Source: Dendrobates tinctorius (Eukaryota). Taken from it: 64,000 nt of DNA. The stretch lies in the NCBI RefSeq assembly GCF_039654945.1, contig NW_027362023.1, positions 1-64,000 of the forward strand. Direction: 5' to 3'. Positions 34,149-47,276 of this stretch are shown here, piece after piece. Made by a program: the position numbers and the translations under genes. Below the pieces are notes generated by a model. That model ran no database searches, had not been told where the DNA came from, and saw only the letters and a list, made by a program, of their open reading frames with translations. How positions within the stretch are numbered: position 1 is the stretch's first letter; the number at the start of each line of letters is the position of its first letter.

Positions 34149-34228
34149 TGCACATTACTATACGTTGTGGACATTGGGGCCCTGTAATTAATTTTCAACA
34201 CTCTGAATGCAGCAATGTAATGAATATA

Positions 34229-35819
<1,591 letters not shown>

Positions 35820-36806
35820 TATGATCAGTAAGTGAGGATGAGATTTGGCTGAGCGGATGGTCCTGGGCCGCACTCCTCACTCTCTTGGATACAGCTGGTT
35901 TTGCTGTGAATGTCAGTGGCTGCTGCAGATTACATTATATCCTTATGGCACCCTAAAATATCCAAATAAGTGGGTACCATCCCTCACCCATCGTATGGCC
36001 AGTGACCGATGGGTCTCACATTGTAGGGAGTAAATGTGACAATGAGTGCAATATGAGTCATTCATGTCCTTTTTTATAGAGTCAGGTAGGTGGAGCTTAT
36101 CCTGGATTGGTCGTTTCGTGGATGTAGTCGTAGATCCCTGGGGACAGGTTTCCATTAATCAGCTGCAGGTGGGAGCTACGCTGACATCACTGGTGACCTG
36201 GGTCATGACTGAACCTGCAGGTGCCGGAAGCAGACGGCGCGTCGTCATCACATGAAGTAAGTGTTCACCGCAGGGCTGGCGTCGGTCAGAGATGAGAACT
36301 TGCATTTGTTATGGCTCACGTGCTGAGGTGGATTTACAAAGCTGTAGGTCTGGATGAGAAGCATGGATCGGAGGCGATGGCGCAGCACAGAACAGCAGAG
36401 CTGGGTGAGCTGGACGACACCTTGTGCAAGAAATAGCAGAGCTGAGTGTGCAGATGGCACCATGGAGGTGGATCAGAAAAGCTGAGTATGTTGCTGGGCA
36501 CCTTAATTGTTGGACTGCAGGTAGGAGTATACAGGACCGCACCGCGGAACAGCAGATCCGAGTATGTGGTACAGCAAAGATGAGTTTGTCAGGAGACTTG
36601 TGACCGCACAGAAGCACGGCCGTTGCGAAGATGCCAAAATACCTGAATACTCGTGGTGTTGCCACATGAATCAGCCTAAGAAAAGGCCTAGGTGGTGTGC
36701 GCCGGGTTACTATCGTGACCCAAAGTACGCTGCAACGGAAAGACCTGAGCGCTGGGAAGCAGGCGCAGAGTAATGGTCAACGTCTCTGCCTGCAGTCAGC
36801 GAGCGA

Positions 36807-38760
36807 GAATAATAAGAATCTTTATATAGCGCCAACATATTCCGCAGCGCTTTACAGTTTAACAGTTTCAGACACAAGTCATAAGTAACAACATTAGCAA
36901 TACAATGATTACAGCCCAATCAGCCGCCCCTGCTGGTGAGAGCTTACACTCTACAGTGAGGAGGGGGAGATACAGAGGACGGGGGTGTATGTACAATGAG
37001 GCTGTGTGCCCACAATGCGATTGTTAAGCGTTTTGGCCGCGATTTTCGGCGCGAAAACGTTAATCGTGTACAGAACGCCCCCCATGCATTCCTATGGCAT
37101 TCCGCACATGCTGTGCTAATGCTGCGCTTTTTTCCGCGGCGGAATCGCATCGCGGAAAAAATCGCAGCATGCTCATTCTTTTGTGCGGAATCGCAAAGAA
37201 TTGCCGCGATTCTGCACCCATAGGAATGCATGAGAACCGCTGACTTCCCGCATGTGGCTATGCCCACCATGCGCAAAGTTAAGCGTCTCATGTGCGGCTG
37301 GTACCCACGGTGTGGAGGAGAGGAGACTGTCCTCCAGGCCCTGGGTACCATACCCCTGTAAAAAAAAGAATAAAAAATAAAAAATCGGGGTATATTTACC
37401 TTCCGACGTCCCGCGCTGCATTCCCGGCCTCAGCGTTCCCAGTAATGCCTTGCGGCAAGGTCCTGTGATGACGTAGTCTCGCGTGACTCCAGCGGTCTCG
37501 TGAGATCGCTATAGTAACGCGAGACCAACGTCATCACAGGTCTCGCAAGGCATCGCTGGGAACACTGTGGCCCGGGAATGCAGCGCGGGACGCCGGAAGG
37601 TAAATATACCCCGATTTTTTTATATTTTAATTATTTTTTACATTTTCTTTTACTATTGATGCTGCATAGGCCACCTCAATAGTAAAAACCTGGTCAAACT
37701 TGTCAAACGCTATGTTTGACGAGTGTGACCAACCTGTCAATCACTTTCCAAGCGATGCTTCAAATCGCTTGGAAAGTGCTTGAATATCGCGGCAAAATCG
37801 CACAGAAAAAAAGGCGCGATTTCTGGGAAGGAGTCCGGTTTTCAGTGTCCGGATTTAAACGCTACGTGGGCACATAGCCTGAAGGTCCTGCCGTCTTGAG
37901 GGAGTGGGGGATGGATGGAGATAGTGAATGGGCTACACACGCACACTTACACACAGAATGACTGTGATTAGTGAACGTGATGGGCCGCTCTAAACAAATG
38001 TGTTTTGAGGGAGCGCCTAAAACTATGCAAATTGTGGATAGTCCTAATTTCTTGGGGTAGAGCATTCCAGAGGATAGGAGCAGCACGGGAGAAGTCTTGG
38101 AGTCGGGAGGTGCGGATAAGCGCAGAGATTAGTCGAAGGTCGTTTGCGGAGAGCAGCGATCGGTTAGGTCGATTGACAGAAATGAGGGAGGAGATGTAGG
38201 GGGTTGCTGCACCGTGGATGAGCTTTGTGGGTGAGAACAAGTACTTTGAATTGGACCCTATAATGAATGGGCAGCCAGTGTAAGGACTGGCGAAGAGCGG
38301 ACGCGTCCGAGTACCGATTAATCAGATAGATTACCCTGGCTGCTGCATTAAGCATGGACTGGAGAGGGAATAGTCGAGTGACGGGGAGGCCAATTAATAG
38401 AGCGTTACAGTAATCCAGGCGGGAGTGGATCAGGGAGATAGTGAGGGTTTTTGTTGTTTCCATGGTGAGAAAAGGGCGAATTCTGGAGATGTTCTTTAGG
38501 TGTAAGCGGCAAGAGCGGGCAAGAGATTGTATATGAGAGGTGAAGGAGAGATTGGTGTCAAACATAACACCCAGACAGCGCGCCTGCTGCCGGGGAGTTA
38601 TTGTGGTGCCACCCACGGAGAGGGAAATGTCAGATTTAGGCAGGTTAGTGGACGGCGGGAGCAGAAGCAGCTCAGTTTTAGAGAGGTTGAGTTTCAGATA
38701 GAGAGCGGACATGATATTGGAGACTGCGGACAGACAGTCGCGTTCTGTCGAGAACATTCC
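36807..38760 (-). mobile_element. Degenerate 5'-truncated L2 LINE containing a MITE
   Basis: 3' stem-loop atagcgccaacatattccgcagcgct with TAA-like tail; frameshifted ORF2 remnants ([28 protein letters not shown]). Confidence 0.88.
37000..37879. mobile_element. PIF/Harbinger-like MITE nested in the L2 3' UTR
   Basis: TIR GGCTGTGTGCCCAC / GTGGGCACATAGCC; 3-bp TSD TGA on both sides; long internal palindrome. Confidence 0.8.
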
Positions 38761-39195
38761 GAGTTTCCATCCTTGGTCTGATAGCCTGTGCCCCACCTGA
38801 GACCTTGTAATAGACTGCTCGGCCGGGCAGGGATCTTTGTCGATGGACGTTTTTGCCCAATTTGCTGACGTTCTGGCGCTGACACTGGTCTATACACACC
38901 GCAGCCATCAGGTCCTCTGCCAGCAGTGCAGCCTCATAGGGCCGTCATTGCCCTGTTATTAGAGCAGTGCAGCACTGGCTATAGGGGGAAATCTGCCCTA
39001 GTTGCACCCTATAATAATAATTTATATAGCGCCAACATATTCCGCAGCGTTTTACAATTCAACAGTTCCTATACAGCAGTCATAACAAATGACGACCCTG
39101 CCCGTAAGAGCTTACAATCTGCAATGAGGTGGGGGTGACAAAGTGCAGGGGCCTATTTACAATGATGGTCCCGCCATCTTGAAGAAATGGGGGTA

Positions 39196-40816
39196 CAGTG
39201 GGTACGGAAAGTATTCAGACCCCTTTACATTTTTCCCTCTTTGTTTCATTGCAGCCATTTGGTAAATTCTATAAAGTTCATTTTTTCCTCATTCATGTAC
39301 ACTCTGCACCCCATCTTTACTGAAAACAAAACTGAAATGTAGAAATTTTTGCAAATTTATTAAAAAAAATAAACTGATATCTCCCATGGTCATAAGTATT
39401 CAGCCCCTGTGCTCAATATTGAGTAGACGCACCTTTTGAGCTAATACAGCCATGAGTCTTCTTGGGAATGATGCTACAAGTTTTTCACCTCTGGATTTGG
39501 GGATCCTCGGCCATTCTTCCTTGCAGATCCTCTCCAGTTCCGTCAGGTTGGATGGTGAACGTTGGTGGACAGCCATTTTCCGGTCTCTCCAGAGATGCTC
39601 AGTTGGGTTTAGGTCAGGGCTCTGGCTGGGCCAGTCAGGAATGGTCACAGAGTTGTTCTGAAGCCACTCCTTTGTTATTTTAGCTGTGCTTAGGGTCATT
39701 GTCTTGTTGGAAGGTGAACCTTCGGCCAAGTCTGGGGTCCAGAGCACTCTGGAAGAGGTTTTCATCCAGGATATCTCTGTACTTGGCCGAATTCATGGTT
39801 CCTTCAATTGCAACCAGTCGTCCTGTCCCTGCAGCTGAAAAACACCCCCATAGCATGATGCTGCCACCACCATGTTTCACTGTTGGGATTGTATTGGGCA
39901 GGTGATGAGCAGTGCCTGGTTTTCTCCACACATACCGCTTACAATTAACAACAAAAAGTTCTACTTTCGTCTCATCAGACCAGAGAATCTTATTTCTCAT
40001 AGTCTGGGAGTCCTTCATGTGTTTTTTAGCAAACTCTATGTGGGCTTTCATATGTCTTGCTCTGAGGAGAGGCTTCCGTCGGGCCACTCTGCCATAAAGG
40101 CCTGACTGGTGGAGGGCTTCAGTGATAGTTGACTTTGTGGAACTTTCTCCCATCTCCCTACTGCATCTGTGGAGCTCAGCCACAGTGATCTTGGGGTTCT
40201 TTTTTACCTCTCTCACCAAGGCTCTTCTCACACGATTGCTCAGTTTGGCTGGACGGCCAGGTCTAGGAAGACTTCTGGTGGTCCCAAACTTCTTCCATGT
40301 AAGGATTATCGAGGCCACTGTGCTCTTAGGAACCTTGAGTACTGCAGAAATTCTTTTGTAACCTTGGCCAGATCTGTGCCTTCCACAATTCTGTCTCTGA
40401 GCTCCTTGGCCAGTTCCTTTGGCCTCATGATTCTCATTTGGTCTGACATGCACTGTGAGCTGTGAGGTCTTATATAGACAGGTGTGCGCCTTTGCGAATC
40501 AAGTCCTATCAGTGTAATTACACACAGCTGGACTCCAATGAAGGAGTAGAACCATCTCATGGAGGATCACAAGGAAATGGACAGCATGTGACTTACATAT
40601 GAGTGTCTGAGCAAAGGGGCTGAATACTTATGACCATGAGATATTTGTTTTCTTTTTTTTAATAAATTTGCAAAAATTTCTACATTTGTTTTTTTCAGTG
40701 AAGATGGGGTGCAGAGTGCACATTAATGAGAAGCAAACCTTTTTGAATTTACCAAATGGCTGCAATGAAACAGAGTGAGAAATATAAAGGGGTCTGAATA
40801 CTTTCCATGGCCACTG
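39196..40816 (-). mobile_element. Degenerate full-length Tc1-like transposon (IR/DR type), frameshifted transposase
   Basis: TA|CAGTG...CACTG|TA ends, ~200-bp imperfect TIRs; remnants [20 protein letters not shown] and SPDLNPTEHLW in different frames. Confidence 0.93.
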
Positions 40817-41134
40817 TAGATAAAGGCTGCGTGAGCTGCTCACCAGACAATATTTGTGGTGCTATTGGGTGCGGTGAAGTTTGATGGAGGATTATGATCA
40901 GAGAAATAGTGAATGGGCTATATATAAAAGGATTTATTAGGGAATGTGATAGCTCTATACAGATGTGTTTTTATGGAGCTCCTAAAACTGTGTAAGTTGT
41001 GGTTAGTTCTAATTTCTTGGGGTTAGAGCATCCCAGAGGATTGGTGCAACTCGTGAGAAGTCTTAGAGAAGAGAGTGGGAGGTATGGATTAGTGCAGAGA
41101 TTAGTCGAAAGTCGCTTGCGGGGCGTAGAGAATG

Positions 41135-44100
41135 GGTGGGCTGATAAACAGAAATGAGGGAGGAGATGTAGGGGGGCCGCACTGTGGAGAGGACTGGTAG
41201 GCTGATAGACAGAAATGAGGGAGGAGATGTAGGGGGGCCGCACTGTGGAGAGGACTGGTAGGGTGATAGACGGAAATGAGGAGATGTAGGGGGGCCGCAC
41301 TGTGGAGAGGACTGGTAGGCTGATAGACAGAAATGAGGGAGGAGATGTAGGGGGGCCGCACTGTGGAGAGGACTGGTAGGCTGATAGACAGAAATGAGGG
41401 AGGAGATGTAGGGGGGGCCGCACTGTGGAGAGGACTGGTAGGGTGATAGACAGAAATGAGGGAGGAGATGTAGGGGGGCTGCACTGTGGAGAGGACGGGT
41501 AGGGTGATAGACAGAAATGAGGGAGGAGATGTAGAGGGGCTGCACTGTGGAGAGGACGGGTAGGGTGATAGACAGAAATGAGGGAGGAGATGTAGGGGGG
41601 CCGCACTGTGGAGAGGACTGGTAGGGTGATAGACGGAAATGAGGGAGGAGATGTAGGGGGGCTGCACTGTGGAGAGGACTGGTAGGCTGATAGACAGAAA
41701 TGAGGGAGGAGATGTAGGGGGGGGCCGCACTGTGGAGAGGACGGGTAGGGTGATAGACAGAAATGAGGGAGGAGATGTAGGGGGGCCGCACTGTGGAGAG
41801 GACGGGTAGGCTGATAGACAGAAATGAGGGAGGAGATGTAGGGGGGCCGCACTGTGGAGAGGACTGGTAGGCTGATAGACAGAAATGAGGGAGGAGATGT
41901 AGGGGGGCCGCACTGTGGAGAGGACGGGTAGGCTGATAGACAGAAATGAGGGAGGAGATGTAGGGGGGGCTGCACTGTGGAGAGGACTGGTAGGGTGATA
42001 GACAGAAATGAGGGAGGAGATGTAGGGGGGCCGCACTGTGGAGAGGACGGGTAGGGTGATAGACGGAAATGAGGGAGGAGATGTAGGGGGGCCGCACTGT
42101 GAAGAGGACGGGTAGGGTGATAGACAGAAATGAGGGAGGAGATGTAGGGGGGCTGCACTGTGGAGAGGACGGGTAGGGTGATAGACAGAAATGAGGAGAT
42201 GTAGGGGGGCCGCACTGTGGAGAGGACGGGTAGGCTGATAGACAGAAATGAGGGAGGAGATGTAGGGGGGCCGCACTGTGGAGAGGACTGGTAGGCTGAT
42301 AGACAGAAATGAGGGAGGAGATGTAGGGGGGCCGCACTGTGGAGAGGACGGGTAGGCTGATAGACAGAAATGAGGGAGGAGATGTAGGGGGGGCTGCACT
42401 GTGGAGAGGACTGGTAGGGTGATAGACAGAAATGAGGGAGGAGATGTAGGGGGGCTGCACTGTGGAGAGGACGGGTAGGGTGATAGACGGAAATGAGGGA
42501 GGAGATGTAGGGGGGCCGCACTGTGAAGAGGACGGGTAGGGTGATAGACAGAAATGAGGGAGGAGATGTAGGGGGGCTGCACTGTGGAGAGGACGGGTAG
42601 GGTGATAGACAGAAATGAGGAGATGTAGGGGGGCCGCACTGTGGAGAGGACGGGTAGGGTGATAGACAGAAATGAGGGAGGAGATGTAGGGGGGCCGCAC
42701 TGTGGAGAGGACTGGTAGGGTGATAGACAGAAATGAGGGAGGAGATGTAGGGGGGGCTGCACTGTGGAGAGGACTGGTAGGCTGATAGACAGAAATGAGG
42801 GAGGAGATGTAGGGGGGCCGCACTGTGGAGAGGACTGGTAGGGTGATAGACAGAAATGAGGGAGGAGATGTAGGGGGGCTGCACTGTGGAGAGGACGGGT
42901 AGGGTGATAGACGGAAATGAGGGAGGAGATGTAGGGGGGCTGCACTGTGGAGAGGACTGGTAGGCTGATAGACAGAAATGAGGGAGGAGATGTAGGGGGG
43001 CTGCACTGTGGAGAGGACTGGTAGGGTGATAGACAGAAATGAGGGAGGAGATGTAGGGGGGCCGCACTGTGAAGAGGACGGGTAGGGTGATAGACAGAAA
43101 TGAGGGAGGAGATGTAGGGGGGCCGCACTGTGGAGAGGACTGGTAGGGTGATAGACAGAAATGAGGGAGGAGATGTAGGGGGGCCGCACTGTGGAGAGGA
43201 CGGGTAGGGTGATAGACAGAAATGAGGGAGGAGATGTAGGGGGGCCGCACTGTGGAGAGGACTGGTAGGGTGATAGACAGAAATGAGGGAGGAGATGTAG
43301 GGGGGCCGCACTGTGGAGAGGACTGGTAGGGTGATAGACAGAAATGAGGGAGGAGATGTAGGGGGGCCGCACTGTGGAGAGGACTGGTAGGGTGATAGAC
43401 AGAAATGAGGGAGGAGATGTAGGGGGGCCGCACTGTGGAGAGGACGGGTAGGGTGATAGACAGAAATGAGGGAGGAGATGTAGGGGGGCCGCACTGTGGA
43501 GAGGACGGGTAGGGTGATAGACGGAAATGAGGGAGGAGATGTAGGGGGGCCGCACTGTGGAGAGGACGGGTAGGGTGATAGACGGAAATGAGGGAGGAGA
43601 TGTAGGGGGGCCGCACTGTGGAGAGGATGGGTAGGGTGATAGACGGAAATGAGGGAGGAGATGTAGGGGGGCCGCACTGTGGAGAGGACGGGTAGGGTGA
43701 TAGACGGAAATGAGGGAGGAGATGTAGGGGGGCCGCACTGTGGAGAGGACGGGTAGGGTGATAGACGGAAATGAGGGAGGAGATGTAGGGGGGCCGCACT
43801 GTGGAGAGGACGGGTAGGGTGATAGACGGAAATGAGGGAGGAGATGTAGGGGGGCCGCACTGTGGAGAGGACGGGTAGGGTGATAGACAGAAATGAGGGA
43901 GGAGATGTAGGGGGGCCGCACTGTGGAGAGGACGGGTAGGGTGATAGACGGAAATGAGGAGGAGATGTAGGGGGGCCGCACTGTGGAGAGGACAGGTAGG
44001 GTGATAGACGGAAATGAGGGAGGAGATGTAGGGGGGCCGCACTGTGAAGAGGACGGGTAGGGTGATAGACAGAAATGAGGGAGGAGATGTAGGGGGGCCG

Positions 44101-47100
44101 CACTGTGGAGAGGACTGGTAGGGTGATAGACAGAAATGAGGGAGGAGATGTAGGGGGGCCGCACTGTGGAGAGGACGGGTAGGGTGATAGACAGAAATGA
44201 GGGAGGAGATGTAGGGGGGCCGCACTGTGGAGAGGACTGGTAGGGTGATAGACAGAAATGAGGGAGGAGATGTAGGGGGGCCGCACTGTGGAGAGGACTG
44301 GTAGGGTGATAGACAGAAATGAGGGAGGAGATGTAGGGGGGCCGCACTGTGGAGAGGACTGGTAGGGTGATAGACAGAAATGAGGGAGGAGATGTAGGGG
44401 GGCCGCACTGTGGAGAGGACGGGTAGGGTGATAGACAGAAATGAGGGAGGAGATGTAGGGGGGCCGCACTGTGGAGAGGACGGGTAGGGTGATAGACAGA
44501 AATGAGGGAGGAGATGTAGGGGGGCCGCACTGTGGAGAGGACGGGTAGGGTGATAGACGGAAATGAGGGAGGAGATGTAGGGGGGCCGCACTGTGGAGAG
44601 GACGGGTAGGGTGATAGACGGAAATGAGGGAGGAGATGTAGGGGGGCCGCACTGTGGAGAGGATGGGTAGGGTGATAGACGGAAATGAGGGAGGAGATGT
44701 AGGGGGGCCGCACTGTGGAGAGGACGGGTAGGGTGATAGACGGAAATGAGGGAGGAGATGTAGGGGGGCCGCACTGTGGAGAGGACGGGTAGGGTGATAG
44801 ACGGAAATGAGGGAGGAGATGTAGGGGGGCCGCACTGTGGAGAGGACGGGTAGGGTGATAGACGGAAATGAGGGAGGAGATGTAGGGGGGCCGCACTGTG
44901 GAGAGGACGGGTAGGGTGATAGACAGAAATGAGGGAGGAGATGTAGGGGGGCCGCACTGTGGAGAGGACGGGTAGGGTGATAGACGGAAATGAGGAGGAG
45001 ATGTAGGGGGGCCGCACTGTGGAGAGGACAGGTAGGGTGATAGACGGAAATGAGGGAGGAGATGTAGGGGGGCCGCACTGTGGAGAGGACGGGTAGGGTG
45101 ATAGACGGAAATGAGGGAGGAGATGTAGGGGGGCCGCACTGTGGAGAGGACTGGTAGGGTGATAGACGGAAATGAGGGAGGAGATGTAGGGGGGCCGCAC
45201 TGTGGAGAGGACTGGTAGAGTGATAGACGGAAATGAGGGAGGAGATGTAGGGGGGCCGCACTGTGGAGAGGACTGGTAGGGTGATAGACGGAAATGAGGG
45301 AGGAGATGTAGGGGAGCTGCACTGTGGAGAGGACTGGTAGGGTGATAGACGGAAATGAGGGAGGAGATGTAGGGGGGCCGCACTGTGGAGAGGACTGGTA
45401 GGGTGATAGACGGAAATGAGGGAGGAGATGTAGGGGGGCCGCACTGTGGAGAGGACTGGTAGGGTGATAGACGGAAATGAGGGAGGAGATGTAGGGGGGC
45501 CGCACTGTGGAGAGGACTGGTAGGGTGATAGATGGAAATGAGGGAGGAGATGTAGGGGGGCCGCACTGTGGAGAGGACTGGTAGGGTGATAGACGGAAAT
45601 GAGGGAGGAGATGTAGGGGGGCCGCACTGTGGAGAGGACGGGTAGGGTGATAGACGGAAATGAGGGAGGAGATGTAGGGGGGCCGCACTGTGGAGAGGAC
45701 TGGTAGGGTGATAGACAGAAATGAGGGAGGAGATGTAGGGGGGCCGCACTGTGGAGAGGACGGGTAGGGTGATAGACAGAAATGAGGGAGGAGATGTAGG
45801 GGGGCCGCACTGTGGAGAGGACGGGTAGGGTGATAGACAGAAATGAGGGAGGAGATGTAGGGGGGCCGCACTGTGGAGAGGACGGGTAGGGTGATAGACG
45901 GAAATGAGGGAGGAGATGTAGGGGGGCCGCACTGTGGAGAGGACGGGTAGGGTGATAGACGGAAATGAGGGAGGAGATGTAGGGGGGCCGCACTGTGGAG
46001 AGGATGGGTAGGGTGATAGACGGAAATGAGGGAGGAGATGTAGGGGGGCCGCACTGTGGAGAGGACGGGTAGGGTGATAGACGGAAATGAGGGAGGAGAT
46101 GTAGGGGGGCCGCACTGTGGAGAGGACGGGTAGGGTGATAGACGGAAATGAGGGAGGAGATGTAGGGGGGCCGCACTGTGGAGAGGACGGGTAGGGTGAT
46201 AGACGGAAATGAGGGAGGAGATGTAGGGGGGCCGCACTGTGGAGAGGACGGGTAGGGTGATAGACAGAAATGAGGGAGGAGATGTAGGGGGGCCGCACTG
46301 TGGAGAGGACGGGTAGGGTGATAGACGGAAATGAGGAGGAGATGTAGGGGGGCCGCACTGTGGAGAGGACAGGTAGGGTGATAGACGGAAATGAGGGAGG
46401 AGATGTAGGGGGGCCGCACTGTGGAGAGGACGGGTAGGGTGATAGACGGAAATGAGGGAGGAGATGTAGGGGGGCCGCACTGTGGAGAGGACTGGTAGGG
46501 TGATAGACGGAAATGAGGGAGGAGATGTAGGGGGGCCGCACTGTGGAGAGGACTGGTAGAGTGATAGACGGAAATGAGGGAGGAGATGTAGGGGGGCCGC
46601 ACTGTGGAGAGGACTGGTAGGGTGATAGACGGAAATGAGGGAGGAGATGTAGGGGAGCTGCACTGTGGAGAGGACTGGTAGGGTGATAGACGGAAATGAG
46701 GGAGGAGATGTAGGGGGGCCGCACTGTGGAGAGGACTGGTAGGGTGATAGACGGAAATGAGGGAGGAGATGTAGGGGGGCCGCACTGTGGAGAGGACTGG
46801 TAGGGTGATAGACGGAAATGAGGGAGGAGATGTAGGGGGGCCGCACTGTGGAGAGGACTGGTAGGGTGATAGATGGAAATGAGGGAGGAGATGTAGGGGG
46901 GCCGCACTGTGGAGAGGACTGGTAGGGTGATAGACGGAAATGAGGGAGGAGATGTAGGGGGGCCGCACTGTGGAGAGGACGGGTAGGGTGATAGACAGAA
47001 ATGAGGGAGGAGATGTAGGGGGGCCGCACTGTGGAGTGGACGGGTAGGGTGATAGACGGAAATGAGGAGGAGATGTAGGGGGGCCGCACTGTGGAGAGGA

Positions 47101-47276
47101 CAGGTAGGGTGATAGACGGAAATGAGGGAGGAGATGTAGGGGGGCCGCACTGTGGAGAGGACGGGTAGGGTGATAGACGGAAATGAGGGAGGAGATGTAG
47201 GGGGGCCGCACTGTGGAGAGGACGGGTAGGGTGATAGACAGAAATGAGGGAGGAGATGTAGGGGGGCCGCACTGTG
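41135..47276. repeat. 61-bp satellite (~100 copies) derived from L2 ORF2 sequence
   Basis: Unit GATAGACAGAAATGAGGGAGGAGATGTAGGGGGGCCGCACTGTGGAGAGGACGGGTAGGGT; period 61 (43211->43272). Confidence 0.97.

Noticed and set aside
39963-39980. CTGATGA..GAAA hammerhead-like string on the minus strand (also CTGATGA at 35050 and 62201)
   Set aside because: The first two encode the transposase WSDETK motif, and none can form stems I-III.
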